Both the position numbers and the translations under genes were made by a program. From Eledone cirrhosa (Eukaryota), in the NCBI GenBank assembly GCA_964016885.1, contig OZ024743.1:246884001-246948000 (forward strand): DNA of 64,000 bases. The letters run 5' to 3'. Position 1 is the stretch's first letter, and each line of letters begins with the position of its first letter. Shown here one piece after another: positions 54,780 through 64,000 of the stretch. The notes below the pieces were generated by a model, which had not been told where the DNA came from, ran no database searches, and was given only the letters and a program-made list of their open reading frames with translations.

Positions 54780-55035
54780 TTTTTGCAAGCAAGCAACCTG
54801 CTACAGGCCACTGATAAGACTTGTCGCTAGAGCAAGGCACCAACTAGATGGAGGGTGAGATGTTAGTGGAACCACAAGCTGGATAGAGTTGTTAGAGTCA
54901 AGAGAGAGGCCTGAAAAAACTGGAAAAGCAAAAATTACTGGGCATACGAAGCTCACAAAGAAGCTAAAAGGAGGAGGTTTGCCAATGTCCTATGATGTGA
55001 GGATCAAAAGCATGAGGTGTTCTGCATTGCCAGTC
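54780..55035 (+). mobile_element. Old RTE family-1-related fragment
   Basis: gaggatcaaaagcatgaggtgttc encodes EDQKHEVF, as in the 13.5-kb region. Confidence 0.6.
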
Positions 55036-56299
55036 CAACTCGTGGGGCTTGTTTTTACAGATGGTCATCTCAATCCTAATTGCAGTAACTAGAGAAGTGG
55101 TTCGGTGACCAGGATACCAGATGCTGCCATCACAAATACTTATCAGAGGGCAGCCGGTATTTTATCAGTGTGTGTTATTAGGTATATTATTTAAGTTGTC
55201 TCTTGTCTAAGTTAGCTGTTTCATAAAATAAATGCTAGAGTGAAATCAGTACTTGAATTGATGTGATTGACTAAGACCATTGAATATGGTGCCCCAGTTT
55301 GACTGTAGTCCAATGACTGAAACTAGTAAAAGGACAAAAGAATATATATAAACTAATGGTTAGATTAAGATATACTAATACATCTCTAGTTTGTAAATAT
55401 TCAATCCATAATATGGATTTTTAATTAACCCTTTTGATACCAACTGCTTTAAATACCCCTACTCCTGGTCCTATGATACTAAACTGTTTACTTTAAATAA
55501 TTATCATAATTATATTACTGTTGTAATAAGGTGTTGGTGCCACAATAAAATGCACTCTGCCCACTCTGTAAAGTGATAATGCTGGTACCATGATAAAAAG
55601 CACCCAGGCCACATTGTAAGGTGATAGTGCTCCCTGACAAAAACCACCCAGTCCATGCTGTAAAGTGGTTGACATTAGGAAGGTCATCCAGCAACAAATG
55701 GGGCATATGTGCATGACACAGTCACCTGACCAAGTTTAGCCTGTCCAACCCATGCAAGCATACAAAATAGATATTAGATAGTAATGATGAACCTTTAAGT
55801 TAGGCTCCAAACACCAGCTTAGTAATGAGAAAGTTAGTTATTTTACCAAATCCTTCCTAATTCTTGATATTTTCAAAATGATTTGAAAATTATAGATAGA
55901 AATATGGTAGATACAGACATTGTTTGCTAGACAGTTAGATATACAAATTGATTGAATTTTTTTGTTTTTATTGTCCGAAGATGATACGTATCCATGCATA
56001 AATACAGAGGTATAAATAAATAAATATATGTTTGTGTGTGTGTATATATATATGTATGCACGTATATATAAATGTCTGTCCATATACATCTATATTTAAA
56101 TATATGTTGACAACAATAACAAATATCCAATGTTTACTACTTATCTCAGAACAACGATGTGTTGACAAACGTGAAGAGGACGTAAAAAACTATGGAATGA
56201 GCTGTTTTGTTTTTTTCACTCTTCTGCTTTATCACTTCCAGGTTCCACAAAGTGTTTTATTATAATAGATACTTGCAAGAGCATTAACATTTAGTTTGC

Positions 56300-58260
56300 T
56301 TGGGGCTCCATAGCAGTTCTAGAGACAATTCTGAAAACTCATCAACAAACCCAAGGTCAACTCAATCTTTAATGTAGGGACTCTTCTCATATTGACAGAG
56401 AAACAGGAAAAATTCAACAGAATGTTGTAGCTCTGAAAATAATTCTCACTGAGAGCAGCATGGCATTTATAGGTAGTGAAGAGATCATAAGATCTAACAC
56501 AATGAGAATTTTTTTAAGGAATTATGGAACATATTGCATGATTTGGTTCATTTGGCAACCTTGAAAGTGGTAAACAGTCATATTTAACACCAATAATCTG
56601 TGAAGAAGAAATTGTTGATGGCAAAATATGTTAAGAATCATATGTAGCAGACATTAAAACCTCTAAGGAGTAGATTTTGATAGCATATAAGATCCTTCCT
56701 CCACCTACAAAATGGCTAAAAAAAATAATACGAATCTTATACAAAAAGTTTAGGTTTCTGGTAGGCTAATGATTTTCCTAACTATTCTCTGCTGAAATGG
56801 GAAGGGGGTCCTATATGACAGAGGGTACTATATGTCATCAAATACGGTATTTCTCAGTTTCAGTAGATTTGACAGCCAACCTGGCTCATGTTAATTAGTT
56901 AAAAGTTATTGTGCAATATGTTGTTCCTAGGAAGCCGGTAGAAAAATATTTGACTTTCCTGCAGGCTGGTTCACACAAGGCTGAAGTATTAGCTGTTTCT
57001 ATTATAATTTTTAAAAGATAATGGAATTGATTTTAAAGACTGCAGAGGGCAGTCCTATGACATTGCCAACAATATATCTAGTCACTACACAGGAATGCAA
57101 CCCAGACTTAAGGATACAAACCCGGTAGCTGTTTTCATCCCTTTTGCTGCTAACTCATTGAATCTAGTTGAACAGGTTACTGCCTCATGCTGTCATAAAG
57201 CTGTCGATTATTTTGGCTTCACACATAGGTTATACACCTTGTTCTTCTCCATCAACATGAAGATGGGAAAATCTAATGAAGTCTTTGGAAGGTAGTAGTG
57301 AAGTATATGTCAAACACACATTGCTCAGCAAGAGCTGAAGCCCTCGTAGATGAGTATGACTACATTTAAAATATACTCTGAGATATTGAAAGTGACTTGG
57401 AACAAACACGTGAAGCAAAATATGAAAGATAAACATTGGCAGACAAAGTGGACTCTCTGGAAATCAGTATGATGCTCAAGATCTGGAATTTAATTTGTGT
57501 ACAATTCAACAGCACAAAGATTTTCAAGGATTTGGAGTTGAACTGAATAGAGTGATTGATCTAACTGATTCTCTAGAAAAGTTTCTAAAATCCTTTCGGG
57601 TTAAGTATGAAGTATTAAAACTGAAAGCCAAGAGCTTCTGAGCCATCACCAACTACAAAGCAACAACAGGTAGGCCAACATGGCAATACAGATACAACTT
57701 CAGTCTCAGAGGAAATTGTTCGTTTCCCAGAAGACAAACTCAGATGTAGGCCATTTAATGCATTAATATAATTTTAGATCAGTTGTTTGTTGCATTACAA
57801 ACATGTTAGCCAAGGAATTAGTGCATAAATTCAAAGCCATAGTGTAATTATGTAGATTTCCTGATGCAGAGATAAGAACTAGAACTGAAAAACTTATCAC
57901 TGCTTTTCTCCTGTGGGTTTAGTTATGTTGTTATGGAATAAATTGTCTATTTTGCAGTCTTTCCCAGACTCAGGTTATGTCTTAGGCCATCTCAACAGGC
58001 AGTGTTACTCCATGATGAATGGCATGCTGATACCTTTCCAAGTATTGATGTAGTTCTTATAATATATTTGATCTTCCTAGTTAGTAAGGGTTCAGGAGAG
58101 AGATCATTCAGCAAACTAGTACTCATAAAGATTTAACTGATGATCCACAAAATACTAACATCTCTCTGCCTATAGGATGTAGAAAGCAGTGTTGTGAAGA
58201 TGATGATGTTTGAGTTCCTTAAAGATTTTTCAGACGTGGAAAGACTTTTTGTAGGCCTGA
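56300..58260 (+). mobile_element. Decayed hAT (ZMYM1-like) transposase
   Basis: CRGQSYDIANNIS..Y.GMQ..LK..NP.A.FIPFAANSLNL and C-terminal SGERSFSKL..IK dimerisation motif; interrupted at ~56650-56850. Confidence 0.85.
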
Positions 58261-58681
58261 AACAGTAAAATAAGCTGTCAACTATGACAAAAAATTTGCT
58301 GTCTGTGGCCCAGCTCCTTTATAGATCCCCATTGTAGTGTCTAATTGAGGATGTGTGTATATCTATTGTTTTTTGTTTTTCTTTCTGATTAATTTTTATT
58401 GTTATTGTCCATTTACTTTGTTGGCTGTGTGTATACAGGGTCAAATTTAGACCATGGGTGGCCCAAGGCACTACTGGGCTGGTGCCCCCACCCCATTACA
58501 CAAAATTATAATACTCAACAAACCCACAAAATTACATATCACCTCTGTTTATGCATGAAATTGTAATTGACAGTTATACATACAAATGTTAAAATGTAAA
58601 AAAACTGACCTGTAATACATACATGTAAATACATAAATGCGATATGTAAATAGCAGTACATACATAAACGTTAAATCAAAA

Positions 58682-58874
58682 TACAGGTGACATTCCGTTA
58701 TAATGAATACCATTATAACAAATTTATCAGTATAACAAAATTGTTTTCAATCCCCAAGGCAAGAACAAACAAATGCTCAATTTGTTTTGGTTGATCTCGG
58801 TATAAAGAATTTTTCATTACAACAAATTTGTTTTTATACCCCATGAATTTATGTTATAACGGAATTTCATTGTA
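58682..58874. mobile_element. Tc1/pogo-type MITE
   Basis: TA-caggtgacattccgttataa ... ttataacggaatttcattg-TA. Confidence 0.75.
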
Positions 58875-59882
58875 TACATAATATATACACGATTGGTAAA
58901 TGCTAAATGTTATATATAAATGTACTGACAAGTTAGTGTCAATGCTGTCACAAAGAATTTAACAAATATACTAAAGGCTTAGGCCAAAATGTATCAAAAG
59001 ACCTACACTAAGTACAGTAAGTTATACCTACTTCATCAAAAATCATTTTCCTGCCTAATTTAAGAAGAAAAAAACAACAAATAAATTTTCAGAAAATTAA
59101 ATAAATAATAGAATTACATTGTGAAAGAATCCTTTTAGCCATTAAAAAACATAAAATCTGGTAAATTTATTTTACTTTTATCATTTATGTCTTGGTATCT
59201 ACATTTTTGTTGTAGTTTGTGAGTGAGATAACTCAGGAAACTTTCTGCACTGAATGGCATGTTGCAATTATAAAGAACAAGAGGAATGTTTTGAAGCTGG
59301 CACAGGGAATAGTATAACAGCTGGTATACCTACAATGAAAATAAAGCTACTTATATCATTATGTGGTAGGGGCACATGGTTTAGTGGACTATATGGACTA
59401 TGTTGTATGTTGTGTTCTTGAATAAAATGCTTCATTTCACATTGCTCCAGTATACTCAGCTATGGACGAGTACCAGCAGTAGCTGGGGGTTTAACTCTGC
59501 AATGGGCTGGAGTCCTGTCCATGAGGGAGTCTTGTATTTTCAGTCATTTAATGCCATGGAAACCAGAATAAGCACCAGCCTGATGAGCTTCCAGGCTCAA
59601 GACAGACTTAGGATGACTCTTTAGCTGTGTCAAAAATATGACAACCTCCCCAGTGTTGGTGCCATGATGAAATGCACTCGGTGGAACATAGAAGCGATTT
59701 TTGGAAGTGAGATTCAGGCCCTAGCATCCGGTACAATGCAGGAACATAAGTGAGCGAGACAAGGCTCTGGCCTATTCGAGGGGTCAGTAGCTCTGCTTCA
59801 ATATTCATTTGGTTTGTGGCGACCTGTCTCACCCTTGCTAGCATATATTAAATGATGATGATGATTATATATATATATATTT

Positions 59883-60076
59883 AGAGTCGAAGTCAGTGAG
59901 TGTTACAGCATGTACAAACTTTATCAACATATTACAATTGTTTTGATATCAATCAGCTCAGAGTACAATCAAGGTGAAGGGGCATGATTCTTTTTTGACA
60001 TCTTGTCTGATTGATATTGAAACAATTGTAATATGCAAATAAAGTTTGTACATATTGTAACACTGACTTTGACTCT
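59883..60076. mobile_element. Older fold-back element with an HHR 3' half
   Basis: ~70-bp imperfect inverted arms next to (TA)n; GAAAC-AATT-GTA at 60019-60030. Confidence 0.65.
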
Positions 60077-60136
60077 TTTAATTTTATATCATCATCATCA
60101 TCTTCGTTTAACGTCCATTTTCCACGCTAGCATGGG

Positions 60137-60182
<46 letters not shown>

Positions 60183-60190
<8 letters not shown>

Positions 60191-61050
60191 TAACAGATTA
60201 AAGTTTAAGCAAAGAATCGCTGCTTTCACCCTTAATGGGATCTTCTGAAACTAACAAAGTCAATCTGTGAACGCAGAAGTGAATATTTCAAAATCGTTTC
60301 AACCGGAGGAAGACAGGAAGACAATACTTTGGTTCGTGGAAACGTTCCCTGGCAAAGAACGGGAAAAAACGAATATAATACGTCATTATTTGGAGCGGTG
60401 AAAAACAATTACGCGCAAAGACAAAACCACGTTTATGATATAAAAGAAGTCGTAGACTAATATTCTATTAGGTGGTTCATAGAGACGTTCTCTGGCAATG
60501 AACGGAAAAAACGAAGATAAAACGTCATATGTGGAGTGGAGAGAACAATTGCACGCAAAGACAAAACCACGTGGTTTTGTCTTTGCGTGCAATTGTTCTC
60601 TATGCTCCACATATGACGTTTTATCTTCGTTTTTTCCGTTCATTGCCAGAGAACGTCTCTATGAACCACCTAATAGAATATTAGTCTACGACTTCTTTTA
60701 TATCATAAACGTGGTTTTGTCTTTGCGCGTAATTGTTTTTCACCGCTCCAAATAATGACGTATTATATTCGTTTTTTCCCGTTCTTTGCCAGGGAACGTT
60801 TCCACGAACCAAAGTATTGTCTTCCTGTCTTCCTCTGGTTGAAACGTTTTTTGAAATATTCACTTCTGTGTTCACAGATTGACTTTGTTAGTTTCAGAAG
60901 ATCCCGTTAAGGGTGAAAGCAGCGATTCTTTGCTTAAACTTTAATCTGTTATTTTAATAGATATTTGCTCTACGGTTCTTATATATTTGATATATATTTA
61001 TCCTTATCAAGCCCTCTTTGGATTTTAGTCTTCAAATTTATTATTATTAC
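60183..61050 (+). mobile_element. Fold-back element D (~388-bp arms, no spacer, centre ccac|gtgg 60570/60571, plus unique tail) inside (TA)n
   Basis: 60183-60570 mirrors 60571-60959 with a few substitutions; one HHR per arm; TA tracts on both sides. Confidence 0.88.
60874..60949 (+). ncRNA. Full-size type I hammerhead fold with CAGAAGA (U4A) core (mirror copy on - strand at 60193-60268)
   Basis: acagatt..agttt-CAGAAGA-t-ccc(gttaa)ggg-t-GAAA-GCAG(cgattct)TTGC-TT^aaact..aatctgt. Confidence 0.7.
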
Positions 61051-61080
61051 TATATATATATGTATGTATGTATATATATA

Positions 61081-61200
61081 TGACGATTTCCTTCGAATGA
61101 AACAGTTCTAGTAGCCATTTCTATATTAAATCTTGTATATACTCTACTATGTATTGAGTACCTTACTTACTGTGGATACCCCCGATTGAACCTGGGACTC
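61081..61200 (+). mobile_element. Short insertion beginning with a 5'-truncated hammerhead core
   Basis: (TA)n-TGACGA-t-ttc(cttc)gaa-t-GAAAC-agttcta-GTA^gcc, then ~85 bp and (TC)n. Confidence 0.6.
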
Positions 61201-62799
61201 TCTCTCTCTCTCTCTCTCTCACACACATGTACATATATATGTGTGTGTGTGTATGTATGTATGTATGTATGTATGTATGTATATGTATACATACACTATA
61301 TTAAACAATTTTATATTACTATAATGTATATTGCGATACATACCTTGAACAAATACATATGATATATTTCTTAATGAAGTATTCTTACTTTTCTTATATA
61401 TGTTATATTCTCACAAAATTTCTGTTATTTCAGATACAGCAGCTGAAGAAAACACTTCGTAAAAAAGCCAGAATTGTGGAAGAACTAATTCTTTGTTTGA
61501 AATGAAAAATACAAAATTGTTATAATTCATGCCTCTAACTTCTTTACTATCACCTCTTTGAGCCCCTCATTTTTATAGTCTAATCCAGTTTTCTCCAACC
61601 CAGGTTCATATGAACCCAAAAGATACAATAAAATATTTGTTAAGTTCATGAAAAAAGGTGTGTGGAAGGGGATACTACAAGATTTGTCAGTAAAGTCTGA
61701 CAGTTTGGCATAACATTCTTCATGATATTCTAAATCCTTTACTTTATTATACTTTTATGAGATGGCAGATTTTTTTTCTTTTACAAAAGAAAATAAAAAA
61801 TGTGTACATATATATTCATTCTTTTATCAATTTTGATTTTTTTAATATAAATTTCTCAGTAATATTTGGCGTTCATATAGTGATAAAAGGCTGGAGACTA
61901 CTAATTTGTTTGAGCTTTAAGTTGTATATCATCCTACATTTTCAAACTATATATGTATAAGGTTATCAACTATGGTGAAATACCAAACATAGAATCCCAC
62001 ATTGGTAGCCTGACCCAAATATTAGCATTGAGTGCACAAACTGGTGAACCATCTGTAACTAAACATTACACTCCTAAATATATAATTTCTTTTCTAAAAT
62101 TTTGTATATTCTATTTAGTTTTGAATATTTCATTTGGAAAATAGAGTTCACGTATATGATTTGTGACCTACTTCATTTAGCAGATATGGTAGTCTCCTGG
62201 CTATAAAGCAGCTAAGATCAGTGATGTAGTTAGAGTTTTTGCTCTCCAGGGTAGTCCATAAAATTGCCCTACCCACCCCCAAAATCACAGTGCAGTAAAT
62301 GAAAAGTACTACTCCTCAAAACTCCTCCTTTTTTTAGTAGAGGACCTTGCAGCAATTCTTTTGGCTCTCTACACACTGGGTTCAAATCCTGCAGAAATCA
62401 ACCTTACTTTTCATCCATTCAGGGTCAAGAAAATAAAGTACCACTTCAGGGCAATAAGTTGGTGGTTTGTCAGAGTATCAAACAAATGCCTTGTGGCATT
62501 TGCAGTTTGAGTTCAAATCCTACTGTGGCTTACTTAATCCATCACCCAGTTTAACCCCACCATCTGGTCTTTGGGTACCATTTGTGGAATTCATGCTGTT
62601 GCAAGCATTTAGGTCAGGTTTCCAGTTTAGAAATACCTTCACTAATATTGGACATCTTGAAAATAGCCACATACTCTTCCCTCCCTGACTAAACAGAAAA
62701 AGATCTGAGTTCCAACTGATTAGTGATAAATTTGACTTCCCTGGCTACAGTTAGTGGGTGCATATATTGGGAGACAGCATTAGTTGTTTTACCTTAGAT

Positions 62800-63111
62800 C
62801 AGTGCTTCTCAAACTATCTGATGTGGCGGACCGGCATTTTCTTTTTCCAATGTGCCACGTACCGCTAATATTTCGTAGTAATATTAATTTATACCGGAAA
62901 CGATATATATAATGAATATAATAATAGTTGACCATTTTTTTATCTTCTATTTATTTTGTAAACAAATAATACAATATCAAAACATATAAAAAAGTAATAA
63001 AAAAAATTCCTCAAATGATTCCTAAGCATGGCCTGGACACTGGCCGCGTACCGGTAGCTGATGGCTCATGTACCGGCACTGGTCCATGGACCACCACTTT
63101 GAGTAGCACTG
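62800..63111. mobile_element. hAT (Charlie-like) MITE
   Basis: TIR cagtgcttctcaaa/tttgagtagcactg; 8-bp TSD ccttagat/ccttagag. Confidence 0.85.
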
Positions 63112-64000
63112 CCTTAGAGGATCAAGAAGCCATTTTTAACTATATTGTTATAAGTGACAAAAGAGGCTCCACTGATATATTTGACAGAGTTGTTTCCCTT
63201 AGCCTTTTGCTATTCCTAACACTCTCCAGGACACACTAGATATTGGTGGTTTGAATTTGAGGTTTTCCATCTCCTGGATGGATGTTTTAACTAGAAGTAA
63301 GGGTCCATCATTCCTAGTGGTCACCGACTAGAGTATTCCTTTGTATCCTGCACTGTGATAACAGATAAATTACGTAAATCACAATTAATCTTATAGCCAA
63401 AGTCATAGTTTTCATTGATTGGAAATCAATGAACACACAGTTGATCGTTATATCCTTTTAAGTCATTATTTCATACATTTAAACATTTTTTTTAGCTAAA
63501 TAGGTGGAGAATTAGCCGAGTTATTAGATCATCAGAGCCAATACTTTGTGGGATTTGTTCCATCTCCTTGTGTTCTGAGCTAAAATTCTGCTATGGTCAA
63601 CCTTGCCTTTCATTATTTCAGGATTGATAAATAAAGTACCAGTCCAGTGGAGGTGGATTGGATAACATGTTTTGTGCAATTTGTATTCTGAGTTCAAATT
63701 CCATACCCAGCGAAATGGGAAAAGTGATGGCAACCTACTACATTTACTTTATTGCTTACATACACAAATGGCTGTACAAAAATGGCATCTGGTTGCTTTA
63801 AAGAAAGTATGCTATTAACAAAAGAAAAACAATAAAAAAAAGCAGGACTCCTAAAAACTCCTGAAGTTAATGGGCCTTAGAACTGCTTCGTTGTATGCAT
63901 CTCATCTCTAAGTATTTAGTTCCTCATTAAGTTTAACCTGGCAGCAGAAGCAGTTATCAGGGGTGTAACTGAAAAACATCCCACAGCCAAAAGTGTGAGT

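Noticed and set aside
61434-61505. Good splice acceptor followed by a short open frame (also 29523)
   Set aside because: No homology or expression evidence; cannot be distinguished from chance

Overview
AT-rich animal genomic DNA, most consistent with an octopus/cephalopod (inferred from long (TA)n tracts, dense tRNA-derived SINEs, RTE LINEs and large introns). It holds the last three phase-compatible coding exons of one + strand host gene (23588-24340, 45414-45711, 47398-48046), encoding a Ser/Thr/Pro-rich C-terminus ending ...ENTQM*. The rest is intron and flank filled with transposon remnants (RTE, CR1/L2-like, CRE-like, Tx1-like, Penelope RT, mariner, hAT, MITEs, SINEs), microsatellites and one 200-N gap. 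The main observation is a set of sequence-unrelated, apparently non-coding fold-back (palindromic) elements abutting (TA)n tracts, each carrying a hammerhead-ribozyme (HHR) fold: 745-782 (U3:A8 compensatory core), 10927-11075 (~116-nt rod as stem II), 21029-21071 (in a 416-bp retrozyme-like tandem unit) and 60874-60949 (full-size stem III, U4A core). A 5'-truncated core sits at 61081. These look like non-autonomous Penelope-type/retrozyme elements, and a decayed Penelope RT lies at ~53.2-54.4 kb. All folds and alignments were done by eye; no database searches were run.
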